Shown in pieces: positions 9,520-18,444 of a DNA stretch of 42,497 bases. The stretch lies in assembly GCA_964383995.1 (NCBI GenBank), contig CAYLJT010000001.1, forward strand, positions 1 through 42,497, written 5' to 3'. The translations under genes and the position numbers were made by a program. The notes below the pieces were generated by a model. That model searched no databases. It was given only the letters and a program-made list of their open reading frames with translations, and was not told where the DNA came from. How positions within the stretch are numbered: position 1 is the first letter of the stretch; each line of letters begins with the position of its first letter. Source of the stretch: an uncultured Polyangiaceae bacterium. Its GTDB lineage: Bacteria; Myxococcota_A; Polyangia; Polyangiales; Polyangiaceae.

Positions 9520-12108
9520 TCAGGCCTCCACCGCGTTGACGTTGCCCTCGGAGGGCAGCGGCTCGAAGTACAGATTGGATGGCTGCAGACGGATCCACTC
9601 GTTGGGATCGATGATCACGGTGTCGAGGGCGCGGGGCACCAGATCGTTGGCCAGGGACAACAGATCGAGCAGGAAGACACGGACATAGGCGACGCCCTCG
9701 ATGCCCTGAATCAGCTCGGTGACCTGGCTGAAGAACAGCGGTTGTCCGAGGTCCCTGCCTAAGAAGGTAAGAATGCCCGGCGCGTCCTCGTCGGTGCCCA
9801 CGAGGGCGTTGACCACCGCGAGCTTCACGAGCTGCTCGTCGTAGGCGCTGTCCACCTCCAGATGGATCTTCATGGTGATGTCGACGGCGACGGGACCCAC
9901 GATGTCCAGGCTGATGGTGGTGTCGCGCCGCGCGTCCAGAAACTTCTTCAGCGACGTGGCGTCGGGCACGATCCCCTCGGCGTTGGCCACGACAAGCTCG
10001 ATGCCCACCATGGAGGTGCCCCCGAGCTCGACGTAGTGCGCTTTGGCGCGCACGATGCCGGGGTACATCAAGGCCAGGTTTTGGTAGTCTTCGACCGAGA
10101 CAGCCCGGTCGAGCGTCTTGACATAGCCGGTCGCTTCTTTGCGCACCCCCTCCGCCTTGGCGGGGTCGGCCCCACCGTCGACGACGAGCGGATTGTAGGC
10201 CCGATCGAGCACCGGGTGCGCCTTCTTGATGCGGCTCACCAAGCCGGCCGCCACGTTGCCGTCCACGCCCACACCGACCCGGTAGCTGGCCTCGATGTTC
10301 TTCTTACCCGATCCCGGGATCGCGCCCTTCTTCCCATCGCCGAACACCACCGTGATCACGCCGGCCTCGTCGCGGCTCAAGAGGTAAACGCGGTCGTTTT
10401 CCCCTGACGACTCGAAGTCGACCACGCGCTCCCAGAGCACGTCGGACACTCGGACGTCGAGGGCAGGCGTGCCCCCTTCGGCGCTGGGGAGGTAGGTGAG
10501 CGGCGTCTTCGCCAGGGAGAAGCGCTGGTAGGGGGATATGCCGTCCGAGCCACCCAACACCTCCGTGACGGTCTTGCCATGGGAGATTTCGACCACGTTG
10601 CCGAGCACGCGGACGGTGCCCAGCGTGAAGCTGCCGCTGCCTGTCGTCGGGTCCACGTTCTCCCAGGTGATGCTCGTGGTGGAGGTGCCGACGTCGACGG
10701 TGACCAGGCGGACGATCTCGGTCAGCGTCGTGGTCGCGTCTTCCAGAGTGGACAGGGCGACGAGGCGCCCCGGGCCAAAGTCAGAGGCGGCGGTCGCCAG
10801 GGTAAGGGGCTGAGACACGAGCGTGGTCGAGGGGCGCGTGGTGACGACGTCGGCTTCCACCTTGAAGTCGAAGAGCCACTGGCTGGCACGAATTTGCTGG
10901 GTGCTGCGATTCTGGAAGTTGCCCGCGGCGTCTTTGATTTGCAGCCCGGTGACCGTCCCCGAAATCGACGCGGTGGGGTAGTTGGTAACCACCGTGGCGG
11001 GGCTCGTGTTGATGGTGATGGTCTGGTTGGTAATCCACTTGAACGCCACCGCCGTCTTGGTCTGACCGGTGATTTTGAAGGCGTCGATCTGGATGGTCGT
11101 CGGAGCCAGGGGAGAACCGCCAAAGGCCTGCTGAACCCGGATCACTGGTGTGTTGTCGATGCTCTTCGAGACCTCCCCATCTAGGAACAGGTAGCTGTCG
11201 GAGATCCAACTGGGTTGCGTGTAGCCAAACAGGGACGCGCCATTGGAGGCGGGCACGGTGGCGTTGTCGAGGTAGCCCTTGGTCTGCAGCTCGACGTCGG
11301 GGAACGTGGTGACCGAGCTGTCCCAGCCGAAAAGGTGGTGCCTCTCGGCGGGCTTGGCCAAGAGCTTCACGTTGGCGAGCTCGTTGTCCGGAATCACCAC
11401 CTGTGTCGTAAAGGTCAGTCTCGTTCGCGAGGTCTCTTTGATTTCTTCGACATCCGCAATTTCGTGCGCCGAGAGCTTGAACGTGGATGCGGTAAACACG
11501 CCCGTTCCCCACTGTAGAACGATGTGCTCTCCCGCCACGAGCTCGTAGCCGGTGCCTTCGATCTCCAACGTGTAGGTGTTGGTTGACGACTTGAAGCTCA
11601 ACGTCTCCGTTGTGACGCTCGGAAACAGCTCGTTGTACGCTGCGTCGATCGCCACGTCGGCCAGGGTCTCGTAGTCCTGCGCCTTCTTTTCGCCGATCGG
11701 CGCGGAGCCCACGCCAAAGCCCTGGAGGATGGTGCCGTCCAGGTTTTCTTTGGCCCACAGCACGAGGTGTCCGGTGGCCGCGAGGCCCGGGCTGGGCTCG
11801 TAGGCCAGCCTGCGACCGTGCTTGACGAGGCTCTTCGGCGACTGCGCCGTGCCCAAAAATGCTTCGTTGGCGAAGCGGTCTTGGTAGACGCCGAGCACGT
11901 GGGAGATGAGGGCGGAGACCTCCATCAACGTCCCGGCGAAGTCACCCTCCGACGTGGTCGGCGGAAACCCCAGCTCTTCGGCGGCGAGAGTGCGCTCCAT
12001 CTCCACGAAGTCGGTCATCTCGTGGGGCAGATAGTCGAGCACCGAGCGCCCGGGCAGCGGCTCTTGGGTGGTCGACGTGGCTCGTCGGGGGCGCGGAGGT
12101 CGGCTCAC
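9520..12108 (-). CDS. Baseplate J-like / putative baseplate assembly protein, paralogue 2 (862 aa; Afp12-slot wedge protein)
   Basis: ORF track. It shares the block LISHVLGVYQDRFANEAFLGTAQSPKSLVKHGRRLAY with the upstream paralogue (LLSHHGDMLSYFQDRVANEAFIEDASQRYSLRQHGTLLG). The C-terminal part AHYVELGGTSMVGIELVV...LDIVGPVAVDITMKIHLEV is baseplate-J-like. The GTG start at 12108 overlaps the upstream stop (GTGA). Confidence 0.8.
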   Translation of the reverse strand: MSRPPRPRRATSTTQEPLPGRSVLDYLPHEMTDFVEMERTLAAEELGFPPTTSEGDFAGTLMEVSALISHVLGVYQDRFANEAFLGTAQSPKSLVKHGRRLAYEPSPGLAATGHLVLWAKENLDGTILQGFGVGSAPIGEKKAQDYETLADVAIDAAYNELFPSVTTETLSFKSSTNTYTLEIEGTGYELVAGEHIVLQWGTGVFTASTFKLSAHEIADVEEIKETSRTRLTFTTQVVIPDNELANVKLLAKPAERHHLFGWDSSVTTFPDVELQTKGYLDNATVPASNGASLFGYTQPSWISDSYLFLDGEVSKSIDNTPVIRVQQAFGGSPLAPTTIQIDAFKITGQTKTAVAFKWITNQTITINTSPATVVTNYPTASISGTVTGLQIKDAAGNFQNRSTQQIRASQWLFDFKVEADVVTTRPSTTLVSQPLTLATAASDFGPGRLVALSTLEDATTTLTEIVRLVTVDVGTSTTSITWENVDPTTGSGSFTLGTVRVLGNVVEISHGKTVTEVLGGSDGISPYQRFSLAKTPLTYLPSAEGGTPALDVRVSDVLWERVVDFESSGENDRVYLLSRDEAGVITVVFGDGKKGAIPGSGKKNIEASYRVGVGVDGNVAAGLVSRIKKAHPVLDRAYNPLVVDGGADPAKAEGVRKEATGYVKTLDRAVSVEDYQNLALMYPGIVRAKAHYVELGGTSMVGIELVVANAEGIVPDATSLKKFLDARRDTTISLDIVGPVAVDITMKIHLEVDSAYDEQLVKLAVVNALVGTDEDAPGILTFLGRDLGQPLFFSQVTELIQGIEGVAYVRVFLLDLLSLANDLVPRALDTVIIDPNEWIRLQPSNLYFEPLPSEGNVNAVEA

Positions 12109-14513
12109 GGGGACTCCTCCAGAAGGTAAGGCGCGTAGTAGGTCGGATCGGTCAGCTCGGGATCCAGGCTGTCCACGTAGACATCGAGCTTGCCGTTCTC
12201 TGGAATTTGCGGATCGCCATCCATGCGAATCACCTCGGTCGGTCCGAGAAGAATGCGCGACACCACGAGCTCGCCTCCGAGCACGTCGGCGCGGCGGAAG
12301 CGTCGGGCCTTGACCGAGCGCACGCCTGGAACTCGCTGCACGGTAGCGAGCACGTCGGCAAGCTCCAGCTCTTCGCCGAACGACAGCTCATCGGGGTGGA
12401 AGAAGCCCGGGGCGTCGTCTTCTCCCGGGCGCAAGGCCGCCAACACGGCGTCTCGGACACGGTGCGCCAGGGATCCGGGCTCGTTGCAGATGGACAGCGT
12501 GATCTCCACGGGCACGTACGTCGGCTCGGACACGAAGTGCTCGCGGCCCGCCATGCGCACGGCGTCGATGCGATCGTAGACCGCTTGCTTCACCGACGCG
12601 GACAGCGTGGCCCTGCCCCTCGGGTCGGCCAACACCAGCACGGCGTTGAACGGTCCACCGATGTTTTTGGCGACGGCGCGGGCCACGCCGTCTACGGTGA
12701 GGGCGGCCTTGGCGTAGTCAGTCAAGGTGACCGCGCGCTCCAGCGGACCGTTACGGAGGGAGGCCGGGATGCGCAGTCGCGCGGCCTCTTTGGTCTCGGC
12801 CTGACGACCGTTGGAGCCGGGAAGGACGTTGACCACCACGGGCTCGACGGCGAAGTCGCCCAAGGCCAGCGTGGTGGCGGTGCCCGGGACGAAGCGCGTC
12901 AAGACACCGGCGCCCACGTTTCCTGCGATGACGTCGCCCACGCGGTAGACGAGCTTGAGCTTGTCCGGGACGACTAGCAGGCCCAGCTCCGCATCGCTAA
13001 CCAGGTCGATGGCCTGACCCAAGATGCCGTCGCCGAGCTCGATCCACACCGACCCATCCTCGTCGGCGGTCGCCACGTAGTGCCGGTCGTAGGACTGGGA
13101 GTTCAGCAAATGGTCTTCGCGCGTCCAGCGCTCTGTGCCGAGGAACACGTCCAGGAGGGGCGTGGAGGTGATGACCCCGGTGGGCAGGGTGACGGCCTGA
13201 TACACGACAGGGCGACGAGGCACGCGAAGCGCGCGCAACAGGCTGCGCTGCCCCGGGCGCTCCTCGGTGAGAAAGCTCTGCCGATCGGAGCAGGCGTACG
13301 AAGACAGCTCGATTTCGTCCGTTTGCTGCTCGCCAAAACGAGCCGTGGCAAGGTTACCGTGGACGGTCAGACCCAGGCCGGTCCATGGCGTGGCGGCTTG
13401 TTCGAGGGGCGGGTCGAACGTGACGATGGTGACCGCGACCGGCGCCGGCGTTGGGTCGCTGCTGGCCAGGGGGTCGGCTACCCAACCCGGCAAGGCGTCG
13501 TAGGAAACGGCCGTGATGGTCACGATCTGGGTCGACGAGGCGGGCCCGCCCAATTCACCTTGCACGAAAGCCAAGCGCTGCCCGACGAGCAGATCGGCCA
13601 CGCTTCCCAGCAGCAGGACCTCGGTGGCGCCCACCGGCAAGGTCGCCGTGACCGCCGCCGGCCAGGCCGCGAGCGGGAGCGCAGAATGCTCTGGAATGAC
13701 CCGAGCCCGCTCGGTCACATAGAAGATCACCTTGGCGTCGTTCGCGCCCTCGGCGGTCGTGACCTCCACACCTTCAGGCACATAGCCACTTGTCGCGGAC
13801 GTGAACGAAAGGACGGTCTCGGCGGCCGTTCCGTCGAACAAGCTGGTGCCGAGCAAGGTGCCGTGCTGGCGCAGCGAGTAGCGCTGGGAGGCGTCCTCGA
13901 TGAACGCTTCGTTGGCGACCCGGTCTTGGAAGTAGCTGAGCATGTCGCCGTGGTGCGACAAAAGCTCGACCAACACGCGCTCCAGCGAGGCCGGAGCGAG
14001 GTCGGCCCAGTGCGGATTCTTGACCTTGATCCACTCCGACGACAGGTTGAGAAAGCCGGTGTAGTCCTTGGTCAGCAAATCGATGGCGGGCTGCTCGCGG
14101 GGTAGGCGAGGGGCCCTTTCGGCCAGGGGGCGGCAATCGCCGCGCTCGCAGTCGATGCTGAAGGTGAACGACGCCGACGAAAAGAACGGGTGGATCGGCA
14201 TCCCCGCGCCGTCGTTCATGGTGAGCGTGTAGGGGCTCGGATCGCCCACGCCGTCGATGTCCAGCCTGACCGTGCCGAGCACCGGATTTTCCGACGCCAA
14301 CGTCATGGTCAAAGACTGCACGCGCTTGCCACCCGAGAGCGTGAAGCTTGCGCTCGTGAACGTGCCCGTCCAGCTGTTTTGCTGGAGGTGCACGATGAGC
14401 TGGGCCGAGGTCGGGGCCTCGGGGGTCGGCAAGAGATTCAGCTCCAGGTAGTCGATGCCCTGAAAGTCCGAGTCGGCCTCGGCCTGCTCCCAAACTAAAA
14501 ATCGCGAGCTCAC
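12105..14513 (-). CDS. Baseplate J-like / putative baseplate assembly protein, paralogue 1 (802 aa; gp6/Afp11-slot wedge protein)
   Basis: ORF track. It follows the gp25-like gene directly, as gpJ follows gpW in P2. Carries the HGDMLSYFQDRVANEAF motif. The C-terminus FVSEPTYVPVEITLSICNEPG is typical of baseplate J. The GTG start at 14513 overlaps the gp25 stop (GTGA). Confidence 0.8.
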   Translation of the reverse strand: MSSRFLVWEQAEADSDFQGIDYLELNLLPTPEAPTSAQLIVHLQQNSWTGTFTSASFTLSGGKRVQSLTMTLASENPVLGTVRLDIDGVGDPSPYTLTMNDGAGMPIHPFFSSASFTFSIDCERGDCRPLAERAPRLPREQPAIDLLTKDYTGFLNLSSEWIKVKNPHWADLAPASLERVLVELLSHHGDMLSYFQDRVANEAFIEDASQRYSLRQHGTLLGTSLFDGTAAETVLSFTSATSGYVPEGVEVTTAEGANDAKVIFYVTERARVIPEHSALPLAAWPAAVTATLPVGATEVLLLGSVADLLVGQRLAFVQGELGGPASSTQIVTITAVSYDALPGWVADPLASSDPTPAPVAVTIVTFDPPLEQAATPWTGLGLTVHGNLATARFGEQQTDEIELSSYACSDRQSFLTEERPGQRSLLRALRVPRRPVVYQAVTLPTGVITSTPLLDVFLGTERWTREDHLLNSQSYDRHYVATADEDGSVWIELGDGILGQAIDLVSDAELGLLVVPDKLKLVYRVGDVIAGNVGAGVLTRFVPGTATTLALGDFAVEPVVVNVLPGSNGRQAETKEAARLRIPASLRNGPLERAVTLTDYAKAALTVDGVARAVAKNIGGPFNAVLVLADPRGRATLSASVKQAVYDRIDAVRMAGREHFVSEPTYVPVEITLSICNEPGSLAHRVRDAVLAALRPGEDDAPGFFHPDELSFGEELELADVLATVQRVPGVRSVKARRFRRADVLGGELVVSRILLGPTEVIRMDGDPQIPENGKLDVYVDSLDPELTDPTYYAPYLLEESP

Positions 14514-14878
14514 AGGCGCACCTCCAGGTTGCGAGGTTTGCGATCGGTGCGCCGTCGGAAGGCAAGCTTGACGATCAGCTCACCCGACTCGGGGACCGAC
14601 TCGACATTGACCGAGTCCACCAAGATCTCGTCGCCGATGTCACGCCGAATGGCCTGTTGAATGCGAAATTCCACCGCCGCGATGGTCAGATCGCTCAGCG
14701 GGTCGAAGATGGCACGGTTGAGACCCACGCCGAAGTCGGGTTGGTTCACGCGCTCGCCGGGGGCCGTAAAGAGCACCGCCTCGACCTTGTCCCGCAGGTG
14801 TTTGTCGGCGTCGTCGATGACGGCGACACCGCCCTGGGCGCCAAAACGGAATGGGTAGCTGAGGTAGCGATCGGCCAT
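14510..14878 (-). CDS. GPW/gp25 family baseplate wedge protein (122 aa)
   Basis: C-terminal part of ORF 14510..15517, starting at ATG 14878: MADRYLSYPFRFGAQGGVAVIDDADKHLRDKVEAVLFTAPGERVNQPDFGVGLNRAIFDP... The I...IL.T..GER...P.FG motif is the gp25/GPW hallmark. Confidence 0.9.
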   Translation of the reverse strand: MADRYLSYPFRFGAQGGVAVIDDADKHLRDKVEAVLFTAPGERVNQPDFGVGLNRAIFDPLSDLTIAAVEFRIQQAIRRDIGDEILVDSVNVESVPESGELIVKLAFRRRTDRKPRNLEVRL

Positions 14879-14886
14879 GGCGTATC

Positions 14887-15366
14887 TCAGGTGATAGGAG
14901 CGGTTGGGGGGCCGGGTGGAACAGGGAAGACGACCATCGTCGATATCGCCAAGAGGTGACAGGCGGAGGCGATTTCTTGCGCCTTCTTGCTGATGTCGCC
15001 GTCGGTGTCGGTGAACGTGGCGGTCATCTGGGAGACCGCGGCGCCAAGGGCCGCTGGGAAGGTCGCCGTGCCGAGAGGAAAGCTCTGCCCCGCGATGTAC
15101 GAGGCGACGGCCATGGCAAGCTGATTTCCGGCGAGCGACGCGCTTTGTGCGCCGAGCGCAGCGCCCGCTTGCGCGGCGAGCTGGCTTCGTCGCGCGAGGG
15201 CCGTGACGCAGGGAAAACCCGCCGCCATCGCGCCCGCAAACCAGGTGGAGACGGCGCCCGCGAACTTGTCCCCGGATTCCATGTTGGAGGACGGAAAGCT
15301 GCCCCCGTCGGGCACGAGCCACTGCGACTCGAGGGAAGATTTCAGGCTGGCGACGACGAGCGGCAT
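14887..15366 (-). CDS. Hypothetical Ala/Gly-rich 159-aa protein between the spike and gp25 genes; not PAAR-like
   Basis: ORF track (MPLVVASLKSSLESQWLVPDGGSFPSS...). GC-rich third positions. The start is 2 nt after the spike stop. No PAAR motifs and no recognisable family. Confidence 0.6.
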   Translation of the reverse strand: MPLVVASLKSSLESQWLVPDGGSFPSSNMESGDKFAGAVSTWFAGAMAAGFPCVTALARRSQLAAQAGAALGAQSASLAGNQLAMAVASYIAGQSFPLGTATFPAALGAAVSQMTATFTDTDGDISKKAQEIASACHLLAISTMVVFPVPPGPPTAPIT

Positions 15367-15368
15367 GG

Positions 15369-16052
15369 TTACTCCGTGAAGCTCTTCTTCGACACGTGGC
15401 TGGGTTGCATCGGTTGCGTCGGCGGGCCCGACGGGCCGACTCCTGTCGGATGGGTGTGCGTGTTGAAGAACGTCTTGAAGGTGTCCCCCAAGACGACGGG
15501 CTCCTGCGCACTGTCACCCAGCTTGATCTTCTCGGCCTTGATAATCACCTCACCGTTCTTGTTCAGGCGAATTTCAGCCTTGTCGCCGCCGTGCGCGAAA
15601 ATGATGATCTCACCTTGATCGTCCATGACAATCCGGTGACCAGCCTTGGTCTTGAGCACGGATAGGCCGGCGGCGGCGTTCGTGCCTTCGGAGGTAGGAA
15701 TCTCGGTTCCGCTCGCCTCGCCCAGGTCGTCGGCCTGCCCGCTCGACTCGGGGGCGCCCCAGAAGGTGCCTGTCCAGATCGGCCTGGAAATGTCACCCGC
15801 GGCGAACTCGATCCACACCGTATCGCCCACCTCGGGCAGAAAGAAGAAGCCCCGGTCCTTGCCACCTCCAAAGGGAGCGCAGGGCAGGGCCCAACCGCTC
15901 TCGGTGTCCTCTCCGAGCACGGCGGGGACCTTGGCGCGCACACGACCAATTTCGAGGGGGTCGTCGTTGGCGGTGACAACGCCCTCGTATTTACCGAAAA
16001 AGCGGTCTTTGATGCGCTCTTCGAAGACGCGGAGCAGGTCGTCGAGCTTCAT
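15369..16052 (-). CDS. Baseplate assembly protein V / gp5-type central spike (OB-fold plus beta-helix plus HxH apex), 227 aa
   Basis: C-terminal 227 codons of ORF 15369..16547, from ATG 16052 (ATGA overlap with the gpD-like stop): MKLDDLLRVFEERIKDRFFGKYEGVVTANDDPLEIGRVRAKVPAVLGEDTESGWALPCAPFGG...GFFFLPEVGDTVWIEFAAGDISRPIWTG. This is the classic gpV/VgrG OB-fold. The C-terminus is ...LGDTFKTFFNTHTHPTG. Confidence 0.85.
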   Translation of the reverse strand: MKLDDLLRVFEERIKDRFFGKYEGVVTANDDPLEIGRVRAKVPAVLGEDTESGWALPCAPFGGGKDRGFFFLPEVGDTVWIEFAAGDISRPIWTGTFWGAPESSGQADDLGEASGTEIPTSEGTNAAAGLSVLKTKAGHRIVMDDQGEIIIFAHGGDKAEIRLNKNGEVIIKAEKIKLGDSAQEPVVLGDTFKTFFNTHTHPTGVGPSGPPTQPMQPSHVSKKSFTE

Positions 16053-17194
16053 TGCGGCGGCACCTCCTCGGCGCTCTGGCCGAAGTCTTCCTTGCCTGAC
16101 AGGCCAATGGCGTTGCGCTCGGCGACGAACGTCTGCGCGATCACGCCTTCTTCGATGGTGGTCCGCACCGCGCGCACCCAGTAGGTGCCGACGAACGTCT
16201 TGCCAACGCCCTTGATGAGCACCGGACGCCTTGCTCGCAAGAGACCGCGGTATAGGGAAGGATCCACCTCTCCCCTGGCCTCGACGGCGAACAACGCGCG
16301 ATCGGTGCCTCCGCCGGATTGCGCTGCAATTTGCGCTTCCAGAGGGTAGGGGTCGCGGATAAGTCCGGTCGCCGCCGTGACGCCCGCGCCTTTGAGGCCG
16401 TCTTCCACGGTGCCGTCGAGCAAGCCGTCGCCCAAGGCGTCCAGGGTGGGGGAGCCATCGCCGCGCACGATGCGCTTTTTGACGGGGTCGATCGCGGCAC
16501 CTACCATGCGCACGGGGCCGGTGAACACGGCCTGCAGGTCGAGCCACTTGAGGTTCGGGCCTTCGCGCAGCAAGGCAAGGTCGGGCTGGGCCGTGTCCTT
16601 GACGCCGCGGGGCTTGAAATAGGCTGTCACATCACCAGATGTGGGGTCGGGCTCCAGATAGCAGATATAGCCATTGCGTTTGGCGAGGCGCTGAACGAGC
16701 TCCCAATCGGTGCTGCGTTGCACGAGGAGCTGCCGCTTTTCTTCGTGCTGGGCGTTGGTCGCCTGACCTTGGTAGGTGATGCCGTAGTTGCCAAACACCT
16801 GCTCCACGGCGTCGGCGTCGGTGGAGTCGGGGTAGGTGGCCACGCGCTCCTCGGCGTTCATCAACACCGCGGCATCCATGGCCAAGACCTCCAGGTAGGA
16901 GCTCGACTCGATGATCTCGAAATGGGGCCTTACGTGGGTGATGAAGCCGGCAAACATGTGCGTTTTGTTGCCGCCCGGGGCCTCCACCTCCACACCGACC
17001 TTGGCGGCTGGATTGAAGATGCCGTTGTCGAGGGGCGCAAACTCCCCTTCGCCGGATTGGCTCAGGTTGAAGCGCAGGGCGCACACGGTCGGATCCGAGT
17101 CACTCTCACGCACCTCGATGCGCGTGAGCAAAGCGACGATCTCCGCTTCGAGCGGCTGACCGTCCAGGGTGACGCGGTAACTGGGATCCGGCAT
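16049..17194 (-). CDS. Phage late control protein D-like baseplate hub (gp27/VgrG-N/Afp8-N equivalent), 381 aa
   Basis: ORF track. MPDPSYRVTLDGQPLEAEIVALLTRIEVRESDSDPTVCALRFNL...LLVQRSTDWELVQRLAKRNGYICYLEP resembles the GPD / contractile-injection VgrG-Pvc8 family. It lies directly upstream of the gpV-like spike. Confidence 0.85.
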   Translation of the reverse strand: MPDPSYRVTLDGQPLEAEIVALLTRIEVRESDSDPTVCALRFNLSQSGEGEFAPLDNGIFNPAAKVGVEVEAPGGNKTHMFAGFITHVRPHFEIIESSSYLEVLAMDAAVLMNAEERVATYPDSTDADAVEQVFGNYGITYQGQATNAQHEEKRQLLVQRSTDWELVQRLAKRNGYICYLEPDPTSGDVTAYFKPRGVKDTAQPDLALLREGPNLKWLDLQAVFTGPVRMVGAAIDPVKKRIVRGDGSPTLDALGDGLLDGTVEDGLKGAGVTAATGLIRDPYPLEAQIAAQSGGGTDRALFAVEARGEVDPSLYRGLLRARRPVLIKGVGKTFVGTYWVRAVRTTIEEGVIAQTFVAERNAIGLSGKEDFGQSAEEVPPQ

Positions 17195-17211
17195 GGTGCC
17201 TGTTTAGCTCC

Positions 17212-17487
17212 TCACTTGTTGGGCGGAATCAACACCGGTCGGCCCGGGACGATGATGTCGAAGGGGTCCATGACGTCGGAGGCGTCCGCCACCTTCCAGA
17301 ACTTCTTGGGGTCGCGGAAGAAGCGGTGCGCGATGTGGTCGAGGCGCTCTTCCCCCGAGGGGGTGTGGTAGTAGATGCCGGTCGTCTCGGGGATCGTGCG
17401 AAGCTCCAGAGCCTTGACCTCGCGGCCCTGGGCGTCCTTGGTGACCAGGGTCTCGACCTTCGCGTAGCGGCTGGTTTTGTCGATCAT
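17212..17487 (-). CDS. LysM-like / phage tail protein X-like small protein (91 aa)
   Basis: ORF track. YYHTPSGEERLDHIAHRFFRDPKKFWKVADASDV...IVPGRPVLIP follows the LysM/tail-X pattern (Y.V..G.RLD.IA.R.YGDP..WW.IA.AN...L.PG..L.IP). Confidence 0.75.
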   Translation of the reverse strand: MIDKTSRYAKVETLVTKDAQGREVKALELRTIPETTGIYYHTPSGEERLDHIAHRFFRDPKKFWKVADASDVMDPFDIIVPGRPVLIPPNK

Positions 17488-17497
17488 CGGCTGGGTC

Positions 17498-18172
17498 TCA
17501 CAGGGGCAAGATGTTGGTGCTCTGCGACGACGTGGTGTCTAGAAACTGCTTGGCCATCTCGTTGCGCTTCGAGGAGGTGAAGCTCAGGGCGTCCGCCGCC
17601 GCCTTGTTGTCCTTGGCGTCGGACTCACCCATCACCTCCATCTGCACGTCGATCTCCGCTCGCGTCGGGTTGAGCTCGGAGTTGAAGCGCGTCTCGTTGA
17701 CGGCCATGCCCGTGATGCGCACCGGCAAGACGCGCTTCTTACCCCAAATGAACAACACCGTCGGGCGTTGGGGGCGCGCCTTGACAGGCTCCTTGCCATC
17801 GGAGCTTGCGTCGGAGGGGCTCTCGGCGGCGAACAAAAGCCCTTCCAACGCCGATATTTCCGGCAAAATACCGAGCTCGGGCGGCAAGCCCTCGGCGGAT
17901 TGGTGCCGGTCATCGAAGTCGAAGCGCACCTGCACCGAGAACGTCTGCTTCACGGTTCCGCTCGAGGCGTCCGCGCCCTGTTCGCCCTTGCCGCCGCTCT
18001 TCTTTGCGCCCTCGGTGCCCGAGCCGCTCTTGCCTTGCTCGACCTGGAAAGTCCGAGACAAAACTTCCGGGTTGAAGCGAAACGGGATCGTCCGCTTGTC
18101 GCCGTTTGGATAGCCACCCGGTTCGTAGGCGATGAAAGCACCGCGGAGATAGCTCTTCGGGTCGTCGCTCAT
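17498..18172 (-). CDS. Contractile-injection-system tube-like protein (Afp5/Afp7 N-domain type; tube initiator/adaptor), 224 aa
   Basis: ORF track. KRTIPFRFNPEVLSRTFQ and PTVLFIWGKKRVLPVRITGMAVNETRFNSELNPTRAEIDVQMEV match the conserved N- and C-terminal strands of the CIS tube family as I recall them. The ATG at 18172 overlaps the upstream stop (ATGA). Confidence 0.75.
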   Translation of the reverse strand: MSDDPKSYLRGAFIAYEPGGYPNGDKRTIPFRFNPEVLSRTFQVEQGKSGSGTEGAKKSGGKGEQGADASSGTVKQTFSVQVRFDFDDRHQSAEGLPPELGILPEISALEGLLFAAESPSDASSDGKEPVKARPQRPTVLFIWGKKRVLPVRITGMAVNETRFNSELNPTRAEIDVQMEVMGESDAKDNKAAADALSFTSSKRNEMAKQFLDTTSSQSTNILPL

Positions 18173-18444
18173 CGAATCTTCCTCGTCAGGGCTGTGTAAA
18201 GCTCATCGGCCAGTCGTTCGGCGCCGCGCGGCCCGAGCAGCTCGTCGGCAGGGATGACGTCGAGCTCCAGGCGCTCCAGCGCAAGCTCGCGTACGCCCGA
18301 GCGCGCAAAGGGCGAGCTCGCGAGGCGCGTCGCCAGGCGTGTCAAGGCGTCATTCAAGAGCGCCTGTATGTCCATGTCTTTGGGCTCCTCGGACAGCCCG
18401 AGCACGGCAAAAGAGTCCATCGCAACTTCGATGCTGGCTTTCAC
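18169..18444 (-). CDS. Small hypothetical protein (91 aa) translationally coupled to the AAA+ ATPase
   Basis: Part of ORF 18169..18705. The GTG at 18444 overlaps the ATPase stop (GTGA) and is preceded by GAAGGGGG. An alternative ATG lies at 18420. Sequence: VKASIEVAMDSFAVLGLSEEPKDMDIQALLNDALTRLA...ELYTALTRKIR. Family unknown. Confidence 0.5.
   Translation of the reverse strand: MKASIEVAMDSFAVLGLSEEPKDMDIQALLNDALTRLATRLASSPFARSGVRELALERLELDVIPADELLGPRGAERLADELYTALTRKIR

Noticed and set aside
14887-15366. The 159-aa ORF after the spike as the PAAR protein
   Set aside because: It is Ala/Gly-rich and looks helical to me. It lacks PAAR-type repeats and a Zn-binding His/Cys pattern. The spike itself ends in an HxH apex motif that would not need a PAAR cap.
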